Both the position numbers and the translations under genes were made by a program. DNA of 63,061 nucleotides, counting the filler, from Craspedostauros australis (Eukaryota), in assembly GCA_030167865.1 (NCBI GenBank). It is 14 parts of 14 records of this genome, joined end to end, with 100 filler letters (N's around TTAATTAATTAA, not from the genome) between each part and the next. Parts side by side here need not be neighbours in the genome. Positions count along the whole stretch, not along the records: positions 22,536 to 26,187 come from JALAGF010005251.1; positions 26,288 to 27,762 come from JALAGF010005252.1; positions 27,863 to 30,480 come from JALAGF010005253.1; positions 30,581 to 43,752 come from JALAGF010005254.1; 10 more parts are not named here. The stretch is one strand, 5' to 3'. The notes under the pieces were generated by a model. It was not told where the DNA came from. It saw nothing but the letters and a program-made list of their open reading frames with translations, and searched no databases. Below, one piece after another: positions 24,942 to 36,157 of the stretch. Position 1 is the stretch's first letter. Every line of letters starts with the position of its first letter.

Positions 24942-25753
24942 TGTCAGGAATCGAGTGTTCTGAAACACCTAATTGCCGCACCTCCCAGGGGTAGGGGAAT
25001 CGAATGTCATGAAATGATACATTACCGCAACCCCAGACTTTGGATCTTTGTGACAGAAAATGTGAGCTACACGCGTTTTGTGGTGGAGAACGCCTCGTGC
25101 CGAATGCAAACCGGACCATAACGTTCGTGACCTCAATACAGGAATACGAATCACACGTGTATGTCGCAGGGGGCAGGGATGTTGGAATCGTGACCAGCAT
25201 CACGATACACGCGACTACGGCTCCCATGTCGCAACCAATGAGAAAATAATACTCGAGACAGACCGATGTCACGGTGAGATGGCCTGTGAACGGATCACTA
25301 ATGACGAACCTGCAAAGGATCGGTGAAGTGTCAGTGAGGTGATCGGAGAGGCATCGGAGAAGTATCGGAGATGATCGGGGATGTGTGACCATGAGGAGCT
25401 GAGAGAGCCCCCATCCAAGGTGTTCCTGTGATGAATGGAAGACCGCGATCCGATCGAATGAAACGAGCTATGTGATGCCTACGACTTGGCAATGTCTAAG
25501 CCAACAAAACTATTGGTGGCAAGACAACGTGCCTTTGTGCACGAACATGGGGTACTTGGTGGTGCATGCATGTCCATGATGAATTTGCGATGAATGCAAG
25601 ATGGATGCATGCTAGACTAGTAGATGGACCCATGGAGATCTCAGGAGGAGATCGAACTTTGCAATTGAGAGCAATGAAGAGCTCACAGTTCAGAGAAGTA
25701 GATTCTAACAAACGATTAGCTTTATACTATCACACCACCCCGGATTTCCAACA
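24942..25753 (+). mobile_element. Short TG...CA element (subfamily B); flanks AGAATT / AGCGTT (4 of 6 match)
   Basis: TGTCAGGAATCGAGTGTTCTGAAACAC ... CTCACAGTTC ... CCCGGATTTCCAACA. Confidence 0.88.
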
Positions 25754-26103
25754 AGCGTTGAGTCTCATATGTGCAATCATCGCGGTGTCCATGTTGCCAT
25801 TCGAGAGAGGAGACATCAATTTGTGACGATCGGAGAGCGAGTTTGTTGTTCACTCTTCTCCGATCAATTGGGGAGGGGAGACGGCATTGTTCATCCAACG
25901 GTTTGGTCAGTTTGCCCATCCACGACAGGTAATGTCACACCCATAAGTGGCGTGGGATGGCACGATCGCTCAAACCCAAATTCAGCAGACGAGCGATTCC
26001 GTCCTGAGTCGAACACGATTCGTGGGGTGGGACCCCATCCCACCGACATCAAGTCACGCTTCAATCCCGCTCAAACATTCTGAGCAGACGGACAGTTGAC
26101 TAA

Positions 26104-26187
26104 TGTTAGGAATTGAGGGTACGACTTTATCGGAATACCCGTGATTGCCGCACCTCCCAACATTGTTCGTCACAGCTTTGAATATTA
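26104..26187 (+). mobile_element. Left end of a short TG...CA element (subfamily A), cut by the contig end
   Basis: Nearly identical to 45119-45202. Confidence 0.85.
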
Positions 26188-26996
26188 NNNNNNNNNNNNN
26201 NNNNNNNNNNNNNNNNNNNNNNNNNNNNNNNTTAATTAATTAANNNNNNNNNNNNNNNNNNNNNNNNNNNNNNNNNNNNNNNNNNNNATGCAGCTGCACA
26301 AGACAGTATTGAAGGCAGTTGCCATAGCTGTCTATTGATCAGGGCTTCTTCCAGCCTTGCCAAGTCAGGTAGTAGAGAAAGAGACAGACTAAGTGATTAG
26401 AGCAGAACAGAGAAATTGGTTGTATGCCTGTGAACAAAGTGTTGTACAGAAGACCCGTGTTGCCTGTCATTGGAACGATTTTGGGTTTGCACAGTTGTCA
26501 ATTTGAATGAATCCCATTGGGTCTTCGTTCTAAGACCAAAGGGAAAATATATATTACCATAGCTCCCAGTTTTTGAGTTGGACAAGCANNNNNNNNNNNN
26601 NNNNNNNNNNNNNNNNNNNNNNNNNNNNNNNNNNNNNNGTGAGAACTCTCAATTCCTACTTCCGACGAAGAACAAGGAATCACCAACATGTCACGATCAT
26701 TGACTGGATGGACTCGTTTTTAACCAATCATAGCGCGCGACGTGGACAATGCGAATCGAAAGCGGACTTCGACAGATGTCAACATCACAAGTGTCGCGCG
26801 CGTGCGCGGAGCGCAAAAAATTCTTGTGCGGTCAAACGTTGCCCAGGCAGAGTGACAAATTTGAGTGTGCGAGATGCGTGTTGCCCCCAACGATGAATTC
26901 AGTAGTGGATGCCGGTTGTGCTTTCAATCACTTCCATGGAACGATGACAATTGGCAGTTGCAACACAGATTCTTCAGGAGCTGCTTTTGTGGTTAG

Positions 26997-27161
26997 ATTG
27001 TTGTTGCCGTTATTGTCGTTATTGTCGTTATTGTCGTTGTTGCCATTGTTGTTGTCATTGTTGTCATTGCTGTTGGCATTGTTGTTGTTGTTGTTGTCAT
27101 TGCTGTTGTCATTGCTGTTGTCATTGTTGTCATTGTTGTCATTGTTGTTGTTGTTGTTGTT
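26997..27161. repeat. (TTG)n / TTGTTGTCA trinucleotide-type repeat (poly-Asn/Asp if read on the minus strand)
   Basis: Seen directly; coding status not established. Confidence 0.85.
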
Positions 27162-27862
27162 AGCATCATAGCTCGTCGTGTGTTGGTGTGATGGAGGTTG
27201 GCGAACTTGGGGAGATTGCACCCGACACAACAGGACGACGAGCTGGGCTCTCTCCCACCAAGATCCCAATCGCCGCTGGTATTCGCTGCCAAATATAAGG
27301 TCTGTCCCTCTTTCGAAAAGACGCTGCGCGTCATCGAGAAGAAATGATTGGTCGCTGAAAATTCAAACAGGTTGGTGGAGAACACCTCTCGCAGACACAT
27401 GATCTGAAATCAGAAATTTGGAATCTATATTTGATGACGTTAGGCCTTTGTTCTGGTCCAAAACGTGAAATACGTCGAGAACAAGAAAATCACACTTGTT
27501 TGGAAACAGGAAAGCACACGAAACTGAGTTCGATTCGGAAGAATTAAGTGATTGACACCAAAACAAGAAGCCAAGAGCAAAGCAGATGAACAACGGCCAG
27601 AAGCCAACGATGGCCAAGGACAGCAGCAGAACAGAGAACAAGGCAGTGTGAAAGTCAAGCTGGGCATCAAGATCTGGATTACCCACCAACCCACAACTCT
27701 GGATTGTGATGCCTGATCTGCAGCCGGAACGAAGCATTGGCCTCAGCATGCCTGCCACCACTNNNNNNNNNNNNNNNNNNNNNNNNNNNNNNNNNNNNNN
27801 NNNNNNTTAATTAATTAANNNNNNNNNNNNNNNNNNNNNNNNNNNNNNNNNNNNNNNNNNNN

Positions 27863-30356
27863 TCCGGACCATGGTGCGGACATTGATGTCGTCGCAACCA
27901 ATGAGGTGGTTAAGGAGCGTGCGGCGTTGTTGCGCGTCGGAGACTTATTGATCCGGGTTGGTAGCCAGGAAATTCACGTTCGCGAATATATCTTGGATTT
28001 CCTTCACGTAGGATCCCAGGTCCTGTCTGCTGGGGTTGAAGTCGTGTACTCTCTTCATCAGAGAGTCGACCTCCNNNNNNNNNNNNNNNNNNNNNNNNNN
28101 NNNNNNNNNNNNNNNNNNNNNNNNNNNNNNNNNNNNNNNNNNNNNNNNNNNNNNNNNNNNNNNNNNNNNNNNNNNNNNNNNNNNNNNNNNNNNNNNNNNN
28201 NNNNNNNNNNNGACCTGTTCTGGCGAGGTGGTTGTTGGCACTCCTGTCACCGGGTCGATGTGGTCCTTGATCGCGTGGATTCCTTGGGAATGGTAACGGT
28301 GCCGAAACTGGTCGTTGATCAGGTACGCCATGTCGTTTCCAAGGAGATGAGCATGGATTTGGTGTTTCACCACTTGGAAGGATGCCGCATCACTCGTGAA
28401 CTTGACGGAGTCAGGGATGGGGCGTCGCTTCGTTAGCTTGACCTGGGCGACTTGTGGTTCGCCGCGGGTGGGTCCACGATGGGATGTATACCCGGGTTCG
28501 TGTTGCCCGTGTGGGGTGTTTGGGCCCATGTTGCGTAGGTCATGTCTTCCGAAACCTCCATTGGGATCGGTTGGGCGGTACTCATACGCGGGTGGTCGTG
28601 GTGGATACCCGGGGTGAGGGGGTCCAACAGGGGTGAAGGCTCCTGGTGGCATTGGAAAACCTCCGGCTCCATGGGGAAAATGGCCCATGGGGATAGGGAT
28701 TCCAATGGGCGGGAATCCTCCTGGTTGGGTTCCGTGGTACATCGGAATCGGTGGGCCATGAGGGAGTTGGTTTCCCAGGTTAGGGGGATACCCATACGGA
28801 TTACCGTCATTGTGTCCATGGTTAATTGGAGGTCCATGGTTGTCACGGTGCGGGCGGTCTGTCCCATGGTTCGCGGGTGGGTTGCTGGCAGGGTTTCGGT
28901 TCACGGGTCCGTGTCCGTTGTTACCTCGATAGTTACCCACGCCATGTGAGGCTGGTGTATCCGCGGTACCGTGGTAGGGATGCGGGTTCCGATCGTGGGG
29001 TGGATGGTTCCCGTCGTTCTCTGGGTAGTTCATCCGGGGTGCATTGGTACCTCCTGGGCCTCTGGCGGTCGTTTCGGGGGCGAAGGTTACTACCTTGGCG
29101 CCGGTTGGGTTGCGGTTGTAGTCGCCGATCGTCGCAGGGTCTACGTTGGGGAAAAGTCGGTTCCGTCCTGTGGGACCGCGGTTGTCGGGTGCGTCTACGG
29201 TATCGTCGTTACCAGGGTGTTGGTCGTAATCGGTGCCTGGTTCGGTGTCTTCGTTGGGCAGAGTGGTACCACGGGTGTCGATGATTACTGGTGACATGTT
29301 TTGTGATCCTTGCTTGGCGATGCTGGAGAGTTGGGTTTCGTTCTGGAAGTCGGGTGGGGTACGGTGCGGGGTGTTCCCACCGAGCATGAGGGAGAGCCCA
29401 GATGGGGTTCCTCTTTGGTGGCTGTCGTTGTCGCGTCCGGTTCTATGGGTAGATGCTTCTGACCCAGATGAGACGCTGGTCGCGGATGCGTTGGAGAGTG
29501 CCTTCTTGTGCTCCGCGATGGCAATCAACCACGTGGCATTGTGGTCGCGTTTGCCGCGTCTTTCGAAACGGTTGAAGTCGTTCATGGTCTTGACGGTGAT
29601 GGTTGCGTCGGCGAACATCATGTCGAGGGTGCGTCCGAGTGTGGATTCATCCTCAACATCGATGGATCTGATCCATTCACCGATGTGGTAGATGAAGAGT
29701 CCCATCTCGTAGTTCCTTGCAACGTCGTCTGGGTCCTTGAAGTTGACCATGATTGACGCTGGGGTCATGTCGTTGGTTCCTTCATGGATGATATACAACA
29801 GTTGGGAGATGGTATTCTCTTCTGCGAGGGTCCTGGGTAAGAAGAGGTCAAAGATCATGGCGGTTTCGATGCTGATCCCGAACTCTTCCTTGAGTTCCGT
29901 GAACGCGTTCCAGGTGGTCTTGTGGACTTGGCGCACGATTTTGGATTCGTAGGTTCTTTCCTTTCGATTCCATGCATCCACGATGATGGGGTGTCGGAAG
30001 GTGACCTCGATGAAGTTGACTCCGATGTCCACGAAGGAGAGCGAAGACGGCCCAGTCGTGGGGTAGCCTGGCGTACCATCAAGGATGGCAGAGAGGCTTG
30101 GGTCCTTNNNNNNNNNNNNNNNNNNNNNNNNNNNNNNNNNNNNNNNNNNNNNNNNNNNNNNNNNNNNNNNNNNNNNNNNNNNNNNNNNNNNNNNNNNNNN
30201 NNNNNNNNNNNNNNNNNNNNNNNNNNNNNNNNNNNNNNNNNNNNNNNNNNNNNNNNNNNNNNNNNNNNNNNNNNNNNNNNNNNNNNNNNNNNNNNNNNNN
30301 NNNNNNNNNNAGAGGCTTGACTGGCAAGCGATCCGGACGAGAGTCTTCTGTTCCAC
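27863..30356 (-). mobile_element. Gag-like ORF of a diatom-type LTR retrotransposon, with a Pro/Gly/His-rich linker; copy 1
   Basis: Long ORF with KRRPIPDSVKFTSDAASFQVVKHQIHAHL..YLINDQFRHRY; close paralogue at 53719-56037; contig ends in repeats. Confidence 0.6.
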
Positions 30357-31538
30357 AAGTAGTCAATTTAGAATACTGGTAGATGGTGAAGAAACATGCG
30401 GATTATGAGATTAGTGCTATGGTTCTTCTCTTCGAGGGGAATCTCCTGTGATGTCCTGTATGACAATGCGTGTGGGTTGTNNNNNNNNNNNNNNNNNNNN
30501 NNNNNNNNNNNNNNNNNNNNNNNNTTAATTAATTAANNNNNNNNNNNNNNNNNNNNNNNNNNNNNNNNNNNNNNNNNNNNGGGGGGGCTACGAAGAGGAT
30601 CGTGCCAACGCGGACTTGGAATACGGGAAACAATAAATAGTATGGCGTCCATGGCTCGTCCACCCTGGTCTTCCCCTGGTGTTGACGATTGACACTGTGC
30701 GGTGTCTCTCTCATCTGGTATGCAAGATAGCGTCGTCACCTTGAGATTTATTGTCCAAATCACAAAGTGCCATGCAGGATCTTGACGTTCAGGGTCAAGA
30801 AGAGCAGGGTTGCGTGCTCAGACATCACAGAGAAGACGGCCACAGTTCTTGCTCTGCCGAATGCGGTGCGCGATTAATACAAGTTTGGAAGTGTGTATGG
30901 TTTCTCGCAGTAGGTTGTGAGATTTATGAGGTTGAGAGTGATGGACTTGACAATGCTCTCGACGAGCTAGTCATGCCCGGTTCGGATTTGCTCCTACATG
31001 CCTCCATGTTGTCACGATTCCAACTTGCCTCGACGTCGGTGATTGACACTACGCGGTTTCTCTCTCATCTGATATGCAAGATAGCATCGAATTGGGATTT
31101 ATGGTCCATAGGAGAAACATGTTGGCTATGAATGTTCTCGAGATTCCTGTGGCTGGGTCAACACACCAGCACTTCAAATGGCACCTGGTTGGAAGAGAAG
31201 AAATAAACGCAGGTTGCGGCGACTTGAGGTGCACTTCATCTAACACTGCACCCCGCAGCTGAGAGAGTGAGGAGTCAGCGCGACTGGCCTTATCGAATTT
31301 GCGTCTATCTCGTTGCTGGGAGCCAGTGTTGGATCATTCCCAACGTTTCGTCGTATTGTGTACAGGGCAGAGCAACACTTCACCGTTGCACAATCGTCGC
31401 CGTTGGCAGCAATGATGAAGATGGTTTCATCAATCCAAATCAAAGCCTCACAATTCCGAGATGGATCATCTTCACAAGCATCGTCACCTCAAGGAACTAC
31501 CAATCGTCAACAACTAGCCAGAGCAAGACTGAGTCATC

Positions 31539-34013
31539 ATGGTTGCACCTTTCGCCATTAGCGATCGTCTCATTGCTCTCGTAGCATTTTCTTGCCTTGT
31601 GCTTGTGAGTGGAGACACGGCCAATCCAGCGGTCAACATCAACAACGACACAGCAGGCGGTTCGGTACGTTGTCCACGATCCCCGGCGTACTTGATGCTG
31701 CCAAGAAACGGCTTTTCCTTGTCTGTTTCCACATGTGCGCCGTTCCCATCATTCTTCGCAATGGCGCCCTTCATACCATAATCGGTCACTCAATCAATCA
31801 TCTTCGTTTCTCAAACAATAACTGCATTCAAAACTTCTCAATCAAACCGCGCCAAATTCCAACTGCCATAGAGCGGTCAAGATATCAACAAATGCGACCC
31901 AAAACAAGCCACATTCCGTCCCATCGGCGTGACTGCTGCAGTCTCGATGCGCGACGGAGCCCTCGACGTCACATGGGGCCCTACGAAGATCATCCACCCC
32001 GTCCACGGAGAATTTGCAGCCGAGGAGTGCGAAGGCTTTGTGCACGAGCTCTTTGTCGCAGAGGGCGAAATCAACTTTGCGGAGTGGGAGCTTGAAGATC
32101 TTCGCGCAAACAACACAGTGCACAATCATGAGAGTACCAACTTTACCCATACTTTGAAGGATCTCAAGAGTGGATTACCTCACACTGTCCTCGTTATCGC
32201 AAAGGGTCGCAAAGACTGGGTTTCTTCGAACCGAGAGGGCAAGCATCTGAACATCTCAGCGACCAATCCCATCTTGAAGGAAGATGTGACCTCCTTGGAA
32301 AATGTCACGGACGATGTGGTGCTGATGGAGGAGGATGGACACCACAAAGCGTACTTTTTAGCCCAGCACGCAACGCATTTCAAGAAAGGAGCTTGGATCA
32401 CAGGCGTGGACATGAACGGTGACCCATACATCGTCGAGCTACTCGCTTTTCAGACGGCTGCCGGTGTGTTGGGACGATCTCCCAAAGGCCTAAGTGTGTG
32501 GACGGTGCAGCATGGAGCCCTTTCGGATATCTACCACCAGCTCGAAATCCATGCGTCCGTACATGTCCCACCACATCCGGACGATGCCAGTGACGATGGT
32601 TCCAGTGGCGATGGTGCCAGTGACGATGGTTCCAGTGGCGATGGTGCCAGTGACGATGGTGCCAGTGGCAGTGATGTCGGCGGTGGTAAGAAACTGATGA
32701 TGAGCGCTCGTGGGGTGGGCGCTAAAGCGACACACAGACACGAAAAGAAGTTCCATGTGAGTCACACTCAGAACGTCGAAGCTCTTCAATTTCACTATTC
32801 CGTTGACTTTGGCTTTTGGTTGGACTACCATGCGAGGATTAAACGCAAAGGATTCCATCCGGTGATCGATGCCTCTGCGAAGCTTGCAGTCTTTGCTGAT
32901 CAAACAGCATCATTCAAGATGAAAAAATCCATCTCGACCGCAATATCGAAAACCGTGTCACTGAAGAAGTGGAAGAAGAAAAAGATCAAGTTTGAGGTTG
33001 GTCCAGTTCCTGTATGGGCCACAGTGACTCCCATCACCGACGTTGTTGTCACGGCCGAAGCGAAACTCCAAGGATCATTCAACGCGACTGCAAGCTCGAA
33101 CGATACCTTTGACTGGCAAGTTCGCTACTATTCTGGACGAAAGACGAAATGGAGCGGAGGCCCAAGCATCCCATCGCCGCATAGGGACCTCGAATACAAC
33201 ATCGATGGCCGTGCGTCGCTAGATCTTTATGGAGGACTCCGCCTGGGCGGTCACGTGTCAGTGTATGGGGTCTTCACACTGGATGCTCTCGCTGAGGCTG
33301 GACCTGACCTTTCTATCAAGGCTGAAGCTAATCCAACTGACGTTGTGTTTGACAATCAGCGCTCTGACAATAATCGCTTTCGCTTCACCAAATTCGACGT
33401 GCGCTCCAAAGGAGACCTTCGAGTGGACGCGAGACTCCATGTCTTCACTCGAAAATATCATCACCACTTTGCGCATTCATTCAACCAGACCCTGTACAGA
33501 CTCCCGTCTGTGGATATTTTTATCACCGGGCACGCACGCTGTGCAGACAAGGATGCGATTCTCCTAACTGTCGAGATGCATCCGAGGCACTACGAAGGCC
33601 TGGTCGCAAACCGGCTCATACATGACTACGAAAGCGTCTTGGTACCAAGCAAACACTGGGTGCTTCAGAACCAAAGCCATAACCCAGCAACGATGAGCTT
33701 GGCATTGAAACGTTCAGTCATCAAGGACGTCGATTTCTTCCGACTTCCTGAGGATGGTGAGGTTCTCTACTTTGCGACTGGCGCAACCATTCCTCCTCTT
33801 CCATTTCCTTATCTTCTCTTTCAGCAAGATCTGGAGAGCATCAAAGGGATGCCGGACATCAAGAAGTTTGACTGCTGCGATGACAATGATTGTGAAATGA
33901 AACAGAAGCGCAGCGAGGAGGCATGGGGACCTCGTGTTTGCAAAAATTACGAGTGCGTCAAAGATCGTGAGTTGCATGAGCCGGACGATTCTGAGTCTAA
34001 TTCGGAGTTGTGA
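31539..34013 (+). CDS. Large secreted protein (~755 aa): signal peptide, FN3-like domain, GASDDG repeats, beta-rich domain, Cys-rich C-terminus; exons 31539-31664 and 31872-34013
   Basis: TCG|GTACGT donor at 31665 and ATAG| acceptor at 31871 join in phase 0. LDVTWGP..LKDLKSGLPHTVLVIA fits FN3; terminal CCDDNDC..C..C. Confidence 0.75.
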
Positions 34014-34331
34014 AGGCCTCAGGCTGAACAGGAAGTATCTGACCATTGCTCTACATGTATTTGCATCGAACCTTTGATTGCCCGACATTGAGTACCCGCG
34101 ATCTAGAGGTAGATGCATGGGGTGTAACAGCAGAATACAATCATATCTGAATAATAGTAGAGTTCTGTTTACACCACAAATTCTTGATGTGCCATACAGA
34201 GAGTGCACAGTAAGCACACAGTTGAGATTCAATAAGGGACAGACTATCACCGAACACAGTGTTTTCCTTCCATGAGAGAAATTCTTGTTTTGGCGCGAAA
34301 TCTTCCGACCTGATCGACCACCAAATCTGTT

Positions 34332-35150
34332 TGTCAGGAATCGGGTGTTCTGAAACACCGAATCGCCGCACCTCCCAATAGTGGGGAGTCGAGCGTCATG
34401 AAACGCTGTGTTACCGCAACTCTCACTTTGGATCTTTGTGACAGAAAATGTGAGCTGCACGCGTCTTGCGGTGGAGAACGCCACGTGCCGAATGCGAACA
34501 GGGTTGTGACGTTCGTGACCTCAATGCAGGAATGGGAGTCACACGCGTATGTCGCAGGGGGCGGCGATGTTGGATTCGTGACCAGCATCACGATACACGA
34601 GACTACGGCCCCCATGTCGCAACGAACATGAAAGGAGGATTCAAAGATGGCCGGCGCAACGAAGTGTGAGATGGCCTGTGAACGAATCCCTGATGACGAA
34701 CCGGTGATGGATTGGTGAAGTATCGGAGAAGTATTGAAGAGGATCAGAGATGTCCCAGGATGAGAAGATTGGGAGCAATCGTCCGAGCTCTTTTGTGAAA
34801 CATGGAGACTGTGATCTGATCGAATGAAGCAAGTCAAGAATGCCTGTGAATTGGATGACTGATGTCTATGCTAATGAAACTATTGGTAGAGAGCAGGAGA
34901 TGGAATATCTGAGATGCATCAATACTGCAAGATGAGATGTACATGGAGTACATGCTGCATGACATGATGAAGCAGAAGGACAGCACTACATGAGCAAGCG
35001 CAAGACTGTGTGCTACTGTGGATGATGTATGCTTTGGCAAATGGAATTGAAAGAAATGGAGATGTTGTACTCACAGTTCCAACAATGCAATAACATGAAT
35101 AGGTAACCAGAGACTACTACTAGAGACTGGGGTACCCTGGATTTCCAACA
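34332..35150 (+). mobile_element. Short TG...CA element (subfamily B); flanks TCTGTT / TCTTTT (5 of 6 match)
   Basis: TGTCAGGAATCGGGTGTTCTGAAACAC ... CTCACAGTTC ... CCCTGGATTTCCAACA. Confidence 0.88.
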
Positions 35151-36157
35151 TCTTTTCTCCCCCTTTCTCTCTTCCATTCGCGAATCTGTCCTGACTCATG
35201 ACATGACCGATCTGACTCATACTCACCTTGGGAACTATATGCTCTTCAAATCCTTTCACTACAACATACTTCGATTCCCTCCATGCCAATGACTACTACA
35301 TCATCACTGTAGTCTTGGTGCGTATATCTAACTTGCTTCAACTCAAGCAAAGGAATCCGAGAGTGAACTCCGACCACAGCCGTTGCTTCATGACCATCTC
35401 CATTGAGAGTCATGAACTATACTGCAGTGTGTCTACATGTGAAGAGAGCAAGGAGCAACAGTCAGCACCTGCCCTTGAGCATTGAACCAAGTGCATCAGT
35501 GCAGGGTCCGAACAGTTGTGTGACATCGTTTCTTCATCCTACCAACACTACTAGCTAACTCACAATAAGCAGACAAAGATTAGCTCCAAAGCACTCATCT
35601 ACTCATCATTACAGAAACGCATCTTCAATCCAGTACACCCCTCTTGAACTGCATCACACGGTTGTCTCGAAACTGGCAGATTCAGAGGCATCTCCTACTG
35701 ATTCGTGTCGACTGAGCCCGAATCCTAACTGGTAGCTGCAAGTGGTTGCCAAATACTCTCTTATCAACTCCATCGAGCATCTTCCTCTGCCAACCGATCG
35801 CAAGAGTCTCTCTGAGACCAAGCCAAAAGGCACAGCTCGTAAACCGAGCATCTTCCCAAGGACCAAGTCCTCACTGAATGTATCTGATTTGAGATCAGAT
35901 CCCAACACTCGAAAACCAAGCCACTCAAGAGGACAAAAGTCCCAACTGAAGGTAAGCGACTAACGTCGACCCTCAGTAGCCTCTGCCAAAGCAAGCTATA
36001 ACCGCACTCGCTGACCGAGTACGAGCCCTTTCCAAGCCTGCATCGAACTTCAGTGCACACCTTCCAAACGAAGTGAAGTCGAGCAAGAGCAGAAGAAGGT
36101 AACCAGATCAATCCCCTCGAAGTCCAAAGACCCCTCGAGAAGTCCCTGCTATCCATC

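Noticed and set aside
34332..35175. 34332 element as an LTR of the downstream copia, or the pyrimidine run as a minus-strand polypurine tract
   Set aside because: Near-perfect 6-bp TSD, no primer-binding site and plus-strand ORFs favour an independent insertion; not fully excluded.
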